Assembly (NCBI GenBank): GCA_023265365.1
Contig: JAHFTY010000006.1
Span: forward strand, 1 to 47,484
Direction: 5' to 3'
Length of the DNA: 47,484 nt
Source: Acidobacteriota bacterium
Lineage (GTDB): Bacteria > Acidobacteriota > Terriglobia > 20CM-2-55-15
Part shown: positions 18,532-28,526 of the stretch, in pieces
Numbering within the stretch: the stretch's first letter is position 1
Layout: each line of letters opens with the position of its first letter
Program-made: the position numbers and the translations under genes
Notes under the pieces: model-generated
Databases searched by the model: none
What the model was told of the DNA's origin: nothing
The model's input: the letters and a program-made list of their open reading frames with translations, nothing else

Positions 18532-20703
18532 CTAGAAACTCACCAGGTGCGTCAGCTTGAGAATGATCGCGCGGGCCGCGGGAGCCAGGTGCGCCGTGGA
18601 TCTGGTTTCATTGAAAACGACGAACAGGTCGCTCAATGGATGGTGAATGACGTTGAATCTGACGTTCGAGACCACCTCTCGATTCACGCTGTTGTACTGC
18701 ACATACGCGTTGAGGAACATGCGGGTCGAAAACGAGGTGTCCAGCCGAAGCTGAACGAGATTCGTCGCGAAACGAATTCCGGGAAGGTCCACCTTGTCGT
18801 GGCTGTAGTTCAAGCTGGACGCCAGTTTGGCGCTGTAACGGAAACGCCCGCCGGCCGAGAATCCGGATTTTGTTCCATTCCAGAAATTGCCGAAACGGAG
18901 TGCGCCACTGACGGACAGCCGGCGGGCGCGGCTCGAAGAGTAATCCATGTTCCCGTCGCCGAACCGGTATTGGCCCACGGGAATCGAGTAATCGGAACGG
19001 ATACGAAACGGCGTGGACAGAGCTTCCTGATTGAATCGGTAGGTCAGCTTGAAATTGGCGCCGTCCGCAAAGTCGATGTTGAAGGTCGGACTCGCGGTTG
19101 TTGTCTCAACGCCGAACCCCTTCCGTGTGAATCGCGCGTACGGCAGCTCCGCCCGGTACTCGCGAACCCATTTGTATGTGAGTGCCGGACGAATCCGCCG
19201 CGCCGCAGACGCATTTGCAATATGGACGCCGGGGCGCGGGATGAATCCGAGGTCGTCGCGAAAATTCCTGCCGAGCGCGGTGTAACTTGCCGAGAAGCGA
19301 TTCAAGGTCGAGTCGAACATGAAGCCCAGGCGCGAAGCATCGCCACCGCCGACTCCGGTCTTCGCGCTTCGCATCCACAGTCCGTCAATATCCAGAACGC
19401 GGCGTATGTTGAACCGGAGGTCGCCACCTCCTGCGCGGTTTGAGACAGAACCCCTTTCCTTGCCGAGGTAAAACACGCTCGCCGACGAGTTCGACAGAAA
19501 CTCGCGCGCAAATCGGATGACCGAAAGATTGGCGGCCGGCAGATCCGGGAGGCTTCTTCGTTTTTCGATTTCGGTTTGAATATTCATCACACCGATACTG
19601 TTGCGTCCCACTTTCCCGGTGAGGCGGGCGCCGCCGAAGATGGGGACGGGCGTGCCGGTATCGGACAGGCCGATGGTGCGGCTGAAGAAAGGCAGGAAAT
19701 CGGGAGGTCCCGAAGATTGTGCGCCGGCGTTGTTGTTATTCGGAAGCGGAGGGCCCATCTGGAACGTACCCTGGTTTTCGAGAAAGAACTCGCGTTTTTC
19801 CGGGAAGAAGAGGTTGAAGCGTGTCAGGTTCACCTGCTGCTCGTCGGCTTCGACCTGCGAAAAATCGGTGCGGTAGGTCCCATCGAGAACCATGTTGCTG
19901 CCGATTCCGACCTTGACGTCGACACCGCCGTCTCCATCGGATTTCGTTCCGGCTGCGCTTCGCGATGCGCTACCCGTGACAAACGGCTTAACGCGGAGAT
20001 TGCGTCCGGGTTTGACGCCCCGGATGCCTTCGAGAGTGCCGGCATATGAGACTTTGAATTGCGAGAACTGCCGCGGCACCGGTGACCACAACGTGATTTC
20101 GTTCTTCCGCCGAATGAGTCTGAAGATGTTGACTCCCCATGCCTGCTCTTCGGCATCGGAGAATCGCAGACTCTTGAACGGAATCGCGTATTCGACGATC
20201 CACCCGCTGTCGAAGATCGACGCCTTCAGATACCACACCGCATCCCAGTTCTGGTTGTTATTGCGGCCATCGTCGTAGCTTTGCGTGTCCCGCTGGGCGC
20301 CCATCGGGTTCGTCTGAAATCCGTAGGAGTTTCTCCTGTCGTGGAACGTATCCAGAACAAGCACAAACAGATCGCCGTCGCGGGCGTTGAAGTCGCGTTT
20401 CAACTCGTTGATGATCAGCCTTTGCGGCTCATCGTCGTAAAGCGTGGCCCCGACGTACAGGTTGTCGTCATCGTAGAGGAATCGCACCTCGCTCTTCTCG
20501 GTTGTGGGAGCACCTTCTTTGGGCTGCTGCTGGGTGAAACCGGCGGCGGGTTCGGCTGTTTTCCAGACGGATTCGTTGAGCTTTCCGTCGATGACGATCT
20601 GATGACCGGGTATGCGGACCGCCTGGACACGACGAGCAGGATCCTGTGCGTGCAGGTCCAACGCAAGGGCGAACCCGATCAGGACGGGAATCAGCCGGCG
20701 CAA
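18532..20703 (-). CDS. CBM9-like domain / DUF5916-type outer-membrane protein
   Basis: IDGKLNESVW, YDDDNLYV, WDAVW and W.VE.AIPFKSLRF (CBM9/DOMON-like), plus DFSQVEAD...NLTRF.LFFPEKR.FFLE and a C-terminal Phe. Confidence 0.8.
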   Translation of the reverse strand: MRRLIPVLIGFALALDLHAQDPARRVQAVRIPGHQIVIDGKLNESVWKTAEPAAGFTQQQPKEGAPTTEKSEVRFLYDDDNLYVGATLYDDEPQRLIINELKRDFNARDGDLFVLVLDTFHDRRNSYGFQTNPMGAQRDTQSYDDGRNNNQNWDAVWYLKASIFDSGWIVEYAIPFKSLRFSDAEEQAWGVNIFRLIRRKNEITLWSPVPRQFSQFKVSYAGTLEGIRGVKPGRNLRVKPFVTGSASRSAAGTKSDGDGGVDVKVGIGSNMVLDGTYRTDFSQVEADEQQVNLTRFNLFFPEKREFFLENQGTFQMGPPLPNNNNAGAQSSGPPDFLPFFSRTIGLSDTGTPVPIFGGARLTGKVGRNSIGVMNIQTEIEKRRSLPDLPAANLSVIRFAREFLSNSSASVFYLGKERGSVSNRAGGGDLRFNIRRVLDIDGLWMRSAKTGVGGGDASRLGFMFDSTLNRFSASYTALGRNFRDDLGFIPRPGVHIANASAARRIRPALTYKWVREYRAELPYARFTRKGFGVETTTASPTFNIDFADGANFKLTYRFNQEALSTPFRIRSDYSIPVGQYRFGDGNMDYSSSRARRLSVSGALRFGNFWNGTKSGFSAGGRFRYSAKLASSLNYSHDKVDLPGIRFATNLVQLRLDTSFSTRMFLNAYVQYNSVNREVVSNVRFNVIHHPLSDLFVVFNETRSTAHLAPAARAIILKLTHLVSF

Positions 20704-20704
20704 G

Positions 20705-23188
20705 CTAGAAGTTGAAACGCAGTCCCGCCTCGATTTCGCGCGGGTTGCGGGCGTTGAACGAACGGCCGAAGTACGGCGACGTCATCACACCCGATGGAGT
20801 TCCGTAGTTCGTTCGATTGAAGGCGTTGTTCATGTTCGCGAACAGATTCAGATTCGTGCCGCTGCCCTTGAGCCCTTTTCTTTCGCCGAAGAAAATCGCT
20901 TTCGAGATATTGAAGTTGAAGCTCACGAAATTCGGACTGTTCGCACTGTTGCGCGCGCCACCGGCGGGCCTGTCGTTGGTCTGGCCATCCTGGTTGTCGT
21001 CGGCGCCGGTCGTAATGTTGTAGGGCTGTCCGCCGTTACGCACCATGCTGCCGGTGAGGAACACTCCAAGTGGAAGCTGCGCATTGATCGTCGTATTGAG
21101 GTTGTAGGGTTGCCGCCAGCCGGCGCGTCCCCAATCGGCGCGGAGATCGTAATTGTCGGCCGGGAGATTCCACCAGCCTTCGGAGTCCGTATAGGTGCTG
21201 CCCGTACTGTAAGACGCGTTCAGGTTGAAAATGCTGAAGCGCTGTCGGGCGGAAAGCCGCAACGTCTGAGAGTTCGACAACGCGGTGGATTCCAGATTCA
21301 AGACGTTCCCGCGGGTGGGATCGGGATTCTGGGTTTGCCCGCGGAACGGTGCATTCAGATTACGAGTGCGGAGTTGACGCACGCCGCGGTTCCGGTCATA
21401 GCTGACGCTGAGGAAGAGGTTGTTCTTGAACGTCTTCTCGACCGAAATCTGCGCCACGATGTTGTACGGCGTTGTGAGGTCCCGGTCGGTCACACGAATC
21501 GAAGAAGGCGGGACCACGGTCACATCGCCCGATTGAAAAGGGTCCGGCCACGAGGGGTTGTTGACCACGATTTCGTACTGGCGCGATCCGTCGAACCGGC
21601 GTTGCTGCTGAATGATATCGTTCTGGATCCGCTGATAAAACACACCGGATCCCCCGCGAATCACAAGGGACCTGCCCATCGCATAGGCAAAGCCAAAACG
21701 CGGCGCAATGTTATTGCGATCCGCGATGTTGGTCTGCCAGTCGTAGCGGCCGCCGGCCATGAGGGTGAGCCGCTGGTTGACCTTGAAGTCGTTCTGCATG
21801 AATGCGGACATTTCGAGTTGATTCAGATCCAGGACCGGGTTTCCCCGGGTGATCCGATAGGTAATGGGACGGCCGGCCACGTAGTCCTGAAGATTCGAGA
21901 AGGTGAAGGTTCCCGCGTAATTCTGAATCGAGTAATTGTGGTTCGTCCGGTACGAGCCGTCGATTCCCGCTTTGAGCGTCCACGCCGAACCCATACGCGT
22001 CAGGAGGTTTGAGAAATTGTATTCCCGGGCCTGGTTGTCCGTCTTGTCCTGCGCGCCGCCGGCGCGGAAGGCGTCCAGGACGTTGACCGCCACTTTCTCC
22101 GAAAGGGGCTTCGTGCGGAAATGCCTCCGCTGGATTTCGAATGAGGTTTCATACAGCGTCTGCTCGGAGATTACGGAGAACTGGCGGACCCCGAAATTCG
22201 AGTTGCTTCCCAGAGAACTGGAGGCGCGCTCGGGAAGCGTAAAACCTCCGACGAACTGATTCTTCTGACTGTTTGTGCCGTAGCGTGTGTTGAAAATGAG
22301 GGAATGCTTTTCCGTGAGCTGAAGCGTGCCGCTAATGCCAGCAGACCGGTTGGTGTTGGGATGCACGATCCCCAACTCGAACACACCATCGGGTTGGATG
22401 GCATGCACGGTATCCACGTTCTGGGACTCGTTGTTGTGACCGGAGAAATTGATCGTTAAACGATTGCGAATCAATGGTCCGCTGAAGTTCCCGCTGACCT
22501 GGCGCTCCTGGTAAGGCGGCTTGTTGCTCGCAAAGGGATTACGCGCATTCAGTGTTTCGTCCTGCAGGTTCACGGATCCCTGTCCGTGAAATGCGCCGCT
22601 GCCGCCGCGCTCGATGACTTCCGGGCCGCGGTTTCCGCCACCGCCGCCACCCATCATCATTCCCATTCCGCCCCGAAAGAATCCTTCTTCGGCGGTGAAA
22701 TTGTTGTTGTTGATACGGATGAACTGGGTCTGCTGCTTTTGCCGATCCTGAGACTTGGCGAGCGCGCTTTTTGCGATTGTCTTCTCCGACTCATGGCGTT
22801 CCCAGAGGGCAAGCTGTTCGACAGTCAGGTATTCTCGAAGCCGCTTGCTGAACTCGGTCTGCATCCACTGAATCGCCGCGACTGCGCGGTCCATCTGCTG
22901 TCCCTGGACAGGCCCGCCGCGGAAATCCATCGTTTCGCCGAAAAGCTGCTCGGAGGCCTGACGTCTGTCCTCGGTCATCAGCGCGATGCTTTTTTCCTGT
23001 TCGTCCGTGAACGGCCGGCCGGCCTCCCTGAGAAGAGCCTTAACTTCTTCGCGAAGATCGTCCAGCGGATTGGATGAGGTTGAACTCGAACCCTGCTGGG
23101 CGGACAGAAGAACGGGTGCCAGAAAAACGATGGCAATGAAGACGGTTGCAAGAATCCGGAATCTCACGAAGATGTTCACTCTCCTCAC
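20705..23188 (-). CDS. TonB-dependent-receptor-like (Oar-type) beta-barrel protein
   Basis: Signal peptide, motifs LNARNPF, SGPLI.N.L, F.QNDFKV..RLTL..G.RY and PRFGFAY, ending PREIEAGLRFNF. Confidence 0.8.
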   Translation of the reverse strand: MRRVNIFVRFRILATVFIAIVFLAPVLLSAQQGSSSTSSNPLDDLREEVKALLREAGRPFTDEQEKSIALMTEDRRQASEQLFGETMDFRGGPVQGQQMDRAVAAIQWMQTEFSKRLREYLTVEQLALWERHESEKTIAKSALAKSQDRQKQQTQFIRINNNNFTAEEGFFRGGMGMMMGGGGGGNRGPEVIERGGSGAFHGQGSVNLQDETLNARNPFASNKPPYQERQVSGNFSGPLIRNRLTINFSGHNNESQNVDTVHAIQPDGVFELGIVHPNTNRSAGISGTLQLTEKHSLIFNTRYGTNSQKNQFVGGFTLPERASSSLGSNSNFGVRQFSVISEQTLYETSFEIQRRHFRTKPLSEKVAVNVLDAFRAGGAQDKTDNQAREYNFSNLLTRMGSAWTLKAGIDGSYRTNHNYSIQNYAGTFTFSNLQDYVAGRPITYRITRGNPVLDLNQLEMSAFMQNDFKVNQRLTLMAGGRYDWQTNIADRNNIAPRFGFAYAMGRSLVIRGGSGVFYQRIQNDIIQQQRRFDGSRQYEIVVNNPSWPDPFQSGDVTVVPPSSIRVTDRDLTTPYNIVAQISVEKTFKNNLFLSVSYDRNRGVRQLRTRNLNAPFRGQTQNPDPTRGNVLNLESTALSNSQTLRLSARQRFSIFNLNASYSTGSTYTDSEGWWNLPADNYDLRADWGRAGWRQPYNLNTTINAQLPLGVFLTGSMVRNGGQPYNITTGADDNQDGQTNDRPAGGARNSANSPNFVSFNFNISKAIFFGERKGLKGSGTNLNLFANMNNAFNRTNYGTPSGVMTSPYFGRSFNARNPREIEAGLRFNF

Positions 23189-23261
23189 TCAAACGGCGCT
23201 TCAGTTTACACGTTTTGGACCCGTTTTTGTTGCAGTATAGCGAATTCGCCGGGCGGCAAAT

Positions 23262-23408
23262 TCAGCTTCCCTTTTTGTCTTCAGTAGTGCGCGCGTCCCG
23301 GCGCGGATTGGGTTTCGCTCAGGTCGGAACGCCGAGCCGCGGGAGGATCCAATACTGAAGTGCGAACCAGACTGCCAGAAACAGTCCAAAGGTAATCATG
23401 GAGTTCAT
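23262..23408 (-). CDS. Small membrane protein, probable selenoprotein (48 aa if UGA30 is read as Sec; 29 aa otherwise)
   Basis: Manual translation MNSMITFGLFLAVWFALQYWILPRLGVPT-[TGA 23321-23319]-AKPNPRRDARTTEDKKGS-stop. AAGGGG RBS, start 12 bp after the prmC stop, one TM helix, hairpin 13 nt after the UGA. Confidence 0.65.
23290..23305 (-). promoter_or_regulatory. Candidate bacterial SECIS hairpin
   Basis: Minus-strand CGCGC-CGGGAC-GCGCG, 13 nt downstream of the in-frame UGA, with a G-rich apical loop. Confidence 0.5.
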
Positions 23409-23420
23409 TTCAAGCCCCTT

Positions 23421-24254
23421 TCAAAGCGGTTTCTGCGCGACGACAGCCCTGGGAATCCCCTGCAGATCCCTCCGGGTCGGAAGCGCGTTCCAGCTTCCGT
23501 CAATCAGTGACAGTACCGATTCTTCCATCGCAAATCCAATTTCCATGATCAGTCTCCCCCCCGGCTTCAACAGGTTGATGGCCGATTGAATCAGACGTCG
23601 ATAGATGGCGAGGTCGTCTCCCGGATCGAACAGGGCGACATGCGGCTCGTGGTCGCGAACTTCGCGCTGAAGGCTGCCGGCGTCCCGCCTGGGAACGTAT
23701 GGCGGGTTGCTGACGACGAAGTCGAAATGATCGGAAACGGCGTCCAGAACGTCCATGCAGACGAATGCCACACACGCGCCCAGGCGTTGCGCGTTCTGTT
23801 TTGCCGTCTGAAGAGCGGCTTCCGAGATGTCGGCCGCGAAGACGGATGAATGTGGAAGTTCGAGAGCCAGCGTCGTTCCAATGCAGCCCGAACCGGTGCC
23901 GACGTCGATGATGCGGGTGTTTGGAGAGTGTCCGGTCTCGAGCACGGCTTCGATGATGTGTTCCGTCTCAGGGCGGGGGATCAGCACCGACGGGTTGACG
24001 AGGAAGTCGCGTCCGTAAAACTCCTGATGTCCAACGATGTATTGGACAGGGACGCCGCTGATGCGCTCGCCGATGGCGTTCTCGATCTTTTCGCAGATCG
24101 CCGGCGGCAGCGGTTCGTCGTCGTGTGAATAGAGATAGGTTTTGTCGACGTTCAGGAAATGGGAAAAGAGGACTTCGGCGCAACGCCGGGGATGAGGGAC
24201 GCGTTGGAGTTCGAGCCGGTGGCTGGCGTCGAGAAGGGCTTCCCGGATTGTCAC
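23421..24254 (-). CDS. prmC: Release factor glutamine methyltransferase
   Basis: Motifs [23 protein letters not shown] and SNPPY. Directly after prfA. Confidence 0.97.
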   Translation of the reverse strand: MTIREALLDASHRLELQRVPHPRRCAEVLFSHFLNVDKTYLYSHDDEPLPPAICEKIENAIGERISGVPVQYIVGHQEFYGRDFLVNPSVLIPRPETEHIIEAVLETGHSPNTRIIDVGTGSGCIGTTLALELPHSSVFAADISEAALQTAKQNAQRLGACVAFVCMDVLDAVSDHFDFVVSNPPYVPRRDAGSLQREVRDHEPHVALFDPGDDLAIYRRLIQSAINLLKPGGRLIMEIGFAMEESVLSLIDGSWNALPTRRDLQGIPRAVVAQKPL

Positions 24255-25342
24255 GCCACGAGTTCTTTTTTGAGCCGCTCCGCTTGATAGTAGGACGTCA
24301 GCGCTTCGACGATTTCACCGAGGTCGCCGTTCATGACGGAGTCGAGCCGATGAAGCGTGAGACCGATACGATGATCGGTGACTCGATTCTGCGGGTAGTT
24401 GTACGTTCGGATCTTTTCGCTGCGGTCGCCCGTTCCGACCTGCGACCGGCGTTCGTCCGCGAGCGCCTTCTGCTGCTTCTCCATTTCGATCTCGTACAAC
24501 CGCGATCGGAGAACGCGCAGCGCCTTCGCGAAGTTCTTGATTTGCGACTTCTCGTCCTGACAGGAAACCACAAGACCCGTAGGAATATGGGTCAGCCGAA
24601 TCGCGGAATACGTCGTGTTGACCGACTGCCCGCCGGGGCCTGACGAGCAGAAAGTGTCCTTGCGCACGTCATTCATGTTGATCTCGACTTCCACCTCCTC
24701 GGCTTCCGGCAGAACGGCAACGGTAATGGCCGAAGTGTGAATTCGTCCGCTGGCTTCGGTCGCGGGCACGCGCTGTACGCGATGCACACCGCTTTCATAC
24801 TTCAACCGGCTGTACGCGCCCTTACCTTCGATCAAAGCGATGACTTCCTTCAAGCCGCCGATGCCGGTATGGCTCGATGACATGATCTCCACCCGCCCTC
24901 CCTGAGCTTCGGCGAACCGCGTGTACATTCGGAACATGTCGGCCGTAAACAGTGCGGCTTCGTCTCCACCGGTTCCGGCCCGGATTTCGAGGATAACGTT
25001 GCGTTCGTCGTTGGGATCTTTGGGAAGGAGCAGAATCTTCAGGTCGGCTTCGCACTTCGCCAGACGTTCTTCAAGCGCGGCGAGCTCGTCCTCGGCCATC
25101 TTTTTCATGTCGGCATCCGCGCCCACCTCGCCAAGCATGGCGCGGGTGTCCGCGATGCCGCGTTCGAGGTCCTTGTATTCGCGGAACCGGTTCACGATCT
25201 CGCTGAGGTCGCTGTGTGCCTTTGCGGTCTTCTGGTATCGCTTGCTGTCCGAAACGACCTCAGGACTCGCCAGTTCCTGGTTGAGTTCTTCGTAACGCGT
25301 TTCCACGCTGCGAAGTTTGTCCAGCAGGAGGTTTACGCTCAT
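24251..25342 (-). CDS. prfA: Peptide chain release factor 1
   Basis: Motifs [28 protein letters not shown] and RSEKIRTYN. Confidence 0.98.
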   Translation of the reverse strand: MSVNLLLDKLRSVETRYEELNQELASPEVVSDSKRYQKTAKAHSDLSEIVNRFREYKDLERGIADTRAMLGEVGADADMKKMAEDELAALEERLAKCEADLKILLLPKDPNDERNVILEIRAGTGGDEAALFTADMFRMYTRFAEAQGGRVEIMSSSHTGIGGLKEVIALIEGKGAYSRLKYESGVHRVQRVPATEASGRIHTSAITVAVLPEAEEVEVEINMNDVRKDTFCSSGPGGQSVNTTYSAIRLTHIPTGLVVSCQDEKSQIKNFAKALRVLRSRLYEIEMEKQQKALADERRSQVGTGDRSEKIRTYNYPQNRVTDHRIGLTLHRLDSVMNGDLGEIVEALTSYYQAERLKKELVA

Positions 25343-26289
25343 ACGGTCAGTGCTTCTTCAAGGGCGCGGATTGCGATTTCAAGCTGAGCCTTGTCGGGCT
25401 CTTTCGTCGTAATTTTCTGCAGAAGAAGTCCCGGCATCGTGACGAAACGGAGGATGTTCTTCGGATGTTTCGCGGAATATCGAATGATCTCGTACGAAAT
25501 CCCGGCGACCAGCGGCAGCAGGACGATTCTGGAAAGCAGTTTCGCGCCGATCGAGTCGAAATGGGCGACTGAAAAGACAACGATGCTGACGGTCATGACG
25601 ACCAGAAGGAAGCTGGTGCCGCAGCGCGGATGCAAAGTCGAGTACTTCGAAGCGTTTTCGACGGCCAGTGTTTCGCGGGCTTCGAAGTTGTAAACGGTCT
25701 TGTGCTCGGCGCCATGATACTGGAACACTCGCCGCATATCGTTCATCAGCGAGACCATGGTCAGGAATCCGAGAAACACGATCACCCGGAAGAAACCGTC
25801 GACCAGGTTGAACAGCAGTGAACTCTGAAAACCGGTCTCGGCCTGAATGAAACGAGTCAGAAACAGCGGAAGAACGACAAACATCAGGACGTTGACACCC
25901 AGCGCCAGAACGAGATTGCCGGCGATGAGAGTGTTCGACGTCTTCCTGGCGTCGGCCGCGTTCCCCTGCTTTTCCCCTTCGCCGGCGATGGCTTCTTCGG
26001 CCGAAAAACGAAGGGCCTTGATGCCGAGAACCAGAGCCTGTCCCAGCACGCCGACGCCGCGGAGCACGGGGAGTTTGAATGCTTTCCACTTTTCGCCGAC
26101 GGTGAGGAGGGCGTCTTTGATGACGCGCACCGTGCCATCCTGGCGGCGGACCGCCACGGAGTAGCCTTTCGGGGATCGCATCATCACACCTTCAATGACG
26201 GCCTGGCCGCCAACAAGGATGTCGTCGTTGGAACTGCTCAAGGCCCAGTTCGTGGCTGTCAGGGCGAGACTAAGGAGATAGCGGAGCAT
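25339..26289 (-). CDS. DUF1385 membrane protein (YqhQ-like)
   Basis: Motifs [20 protein letters not shown] and HPRCGTSF, in the usual position between rpmE and prfA. The true start may be TTG 26241. Confidence 0.9.
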   Translation of the reverse strand: MLRYLLSLALTATNWALSSSNDDILVGGQAVIEGVMMRSPKGYSVAVRRQDGTVRVIKDALLTVGEKWKAFKLPVLRGVGVLGQALVLGIKALRFSAEEAIAGEGEKQGNAADARKTSNTLIAGNLVLALGVNVLMFVVLPLFLTRFIQAETGFQSSLLFNLVDGFFRVIVFLGFLTMVSLMNDMRRVFQYHGAEHKTVYNFEARETLAVENASKYSTLHPRCGTSFLLVVMTVSIVVFSVAHFDSIGAKLLSRIVLLPLVAGISYEIIRYSAKHPKNILRFVTMPGLLLQKITTKEPDKAQLEIAIRALEEALTV

Positions 26290-26490
26290 TTAGTTTTTGG
26301 AGTACTTTCTGTTGAATCTTTCGACGCGTCCGGCAGTGTCCACAAGTTTCTGCTTGCCGGTGAAGAAGGGATGGCACTTCGAGCAGATTTCGAGATGGAT
26401 CTCGGGCTTGGTCGAGCGGGTCTTGAACGTCTCTCCGCAAGCGCATTTTACGGTTGCTTCGATGTACTTCGGATGGATGTTTGCCTTCAT
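26290..26490 (-). CDS. rpmE: 50S ribosomal protein L31 (zinc-binding form)
   Basis: MKANIHPKY...CACG...[23 protein letters not shown], with an AGGAGG RBS before ATG 26490 and TATAAT upstream at 26518-26513. Confidence 0.98.
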   Translation of the reverse strand: MKANIHPKYIEATVKCACGETFKTRSTKPEIHLEICSKCHPFFTGKQKLVDTAGRVERFNRKYSKN

Positions 26491-26719
26491 TGAGCCTCCT
26501 GTCAAACGAGCAATTATAAGGCAAAAGACGTTTCCGCCCAGCGGGTAATTCGACGGGGATTCCGGAATTCGGTTTCCGGAATCCCGATTTTGGCGGAATT
26601 ACGCCGCAAATTGAAATCTGCCTTCCGAAATCCGGATTGCGGGCCGGTCGTGGTTGCAAACGCCTTTGAAATCCGATACCTTAGCAGTTTTGCAAATGTA
26701 CCCAGGAGGAAACTAGAAG

Positions 26720-28432
26720 ATGGTTAATGAACCCGGAAAATTGGCGATTGCCAGCCAATTTGCTCTTTCAAAAGGAGAGGAGGAAAGCTACGAGCAGCTC
26801 TTAGATCAGTACACTGGCCGCCGCTTCGCCGAAGGCGAGGTCATGAAGGGCACTGTTCTGAAGATTACGAGCACCGACGTCGTTGTCGATGTCGGCTACA
26901 AATCTGAAGGCGTAATCCCCGTCCACCAGTTCATCGATGGCGCCGGTAACTGCACCGTCAAGATCGGTGATGTTATCGATGTGTTGCTGGAAGACACCGA
27001 GGACTACGACGGTCACATTGTCCTGTCGAAGGAAAAAGCAGAGAAGGTCAAAGTCTGGGAAGACGTCGAACGGGCCTATAACGAAAATACGATCATCAAA
27101 GGCCGCGTTGTTGAACGCATCAAGGGTGGTCTCTCCGTGGACATCGGGATCCGCGCCTTTTTGCCCGGATCTCAGATCGATGTCCGTCCGGTCAAGAATC
27201 TCGACGCCCTGAAAGGCAAAGAGATCGAATGCCGGGTGATCAAGCTGAACCGAAAGCGCGGCAATATCGTTTTGTCCCGCAAGATCGTTCTGGAATCCGA
27301 GCAGCAGCGCAAAAAGGCGTTTACTCTCGAAGTTCTGAAAGAAGACGCCGAAGTTCGGGGAACCGTGAAGAACATTACGGATTACGGCGTGTTCATCGAC
27401 CTCGGCGGGATCGATGGACTGCTTCATGTCACGGATCTGTCCTGGGGCCGTGTGAACCACCCATCCGAAATGTTCAACGTCGGCGATGAGATCACCGTGA
27501 AGGTGCTCAAATACGACAAAGACAAGGAACGCGTCTCGCTCGGTTATAAGCAACTCACACCGGATCCATGGTCTCTGGTCCGTGCGCAGTACCCGATTGG
27601 CGCCCGCGTCGCCGGCAAGGTGGTGAACCTGACCGATTACGGCGCTTTTGTCGAGTTGGAGGCTGGAGTCGAAGGCCTGATTCACGTTTCCGAAATGTCG
27701 TGGAGCAAGCGCGTCAAACACCCCTCCAAGCTGCTCAACGTCGGACAGGAAGTGGAAGCGGTCGTCCTCGATGTCGACATGGAGAATCGCCGGATTTCGC
27801 TCGGGCTCAAGCAGACCGAACCGGATCCATGGACGACGCTGACGGAACGATACACGATCGGTTCGGTCATTGGCGGAAGGGTCCGCAACCTGACGGATTT
27901 CGGCGCATTTATCGAGGTCGAAGACGGAATTGACGGTCTGGTCCACGTGTCGGATATTTCACCGCGCCGCATCAAGCATCCTTCCGAAGTCTTGAAGAAA
28001 GGCGAGAAGGTCGAAGCCGTGATCCTCAATATCGACACCGAGAATCACCGGTTGTCACTCGGCATCAAGCAACTCCAGCCCGACATCTGGGAGCAGTTCT
28101 TCACGAACCACCACGTTGGCGATTCGGTGAAGGGCAGGGTCGTCCGTCACGCCCCGTTCGGAGTCTTCGTCGAACTGGACGAAGGCATCGAAGGGCTCTG
28201 CCATGTTTCGGAGATCGACGACGACAAGCGCAACAACGCCGAAGCTTATTTCGTGGTCGGTGCCGAGGCGGAGCTAAAGATCATCAAGCTCAGTCCAACG
28301 GAACGGAAAATCGGTTTGAGCCAGAAAGCCATGGCCGAAGACGCCGAGCGGCGGGAATACGATTCCTATCGCGAGAACGCCGATGGCAGCGCCACGCTGG
28401 CCGACATTTTTCACGCCAAAGACAACAGTTAG
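26720..28432 (+). CDS. rpsA: 30S ribosomal protein S1
   Basis: Six S1-like repeats (e.g. TDYGVFIDLGGIDGLLHVTDLSW, TDYGAFVELEAGVEGLIHVSEMSW) and an AGGAGG RBS. Confidence 0.98.
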   Translation: MVNEPGKLAIASQFALSKGEEESYEQLLDQYTGRRFAEGEVMKGTVLKITSTDVVVDVGYKSEGVIPVHQFIDGAGNCTVKIGDVIDVLLEDTEDYDGHIVLSKEKAEKVKVWEDVERAYNENTIIKGRVVERIKGGLSVDIGIRAFLPGSQIDVRPVKNLDALKGKEIECRVIKLNRKRGNIVLSRKIVLESEQQRKKAFTLEVLKEDAEVRGTVKNITDYGVFIDLGGIDGLLHVTDLSWGRVNHPSEMFNVGDEITVKVLKYDKDKERVSLGYKQLTPDPWSLVRAQYPIGARVAGKVVNLTDYGAFVELEAGVEGLIHVSEMSWSKRVKHPSKLLNVGQEVEAVVLDVDMENRRISLGLKQTEPDPWTTLTERYTIGSVIGGRVRNLTDFGAFIEVEDGIDGLVHVSDISPRRIKHPSEVLKKGEKVEAVILNIDTENHRLSLGIKQLQPDIWEQFFTNHHVGDSVKGRVVRHAPFGVFVELDEGIEGLCHVSEIDDDKRNNAEAYFVVGAEAELKIIKLSPTERKIGLSQKAMAEDAERREYDSYRENADGSATLADIFHAKDNS

Positions 28433-28434
28433 GA

Positions 28435-28518
28435 GATTGCGAATTGCGGATTTCGAATTGCGAACTTAGAGCAGCCAGCGTCCTGCTTCACGCAACGCGA
28501 AATCCGTAATTCGGATTT
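28435..28518. repeat. Degenerate heptamer tandem array with an inverted partner array
   Basis: GATTGCG AATTGCG GATTTCG AATTGCG followed by CGCAACG CGAAATC CGTAATT CGGATTT between rpsA and sppA. Confidence 0.6.
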
Positions 28519-28526
28519 GCCGCCTG

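Noticed and set aside
23201-23389. 62-aa minus-strand ORF from the track (and 23398-23589 plus)
   Set aside because: Weak start and no features. The alternative frame 23408-23262 has an RBS, a TM helix and better coding character.
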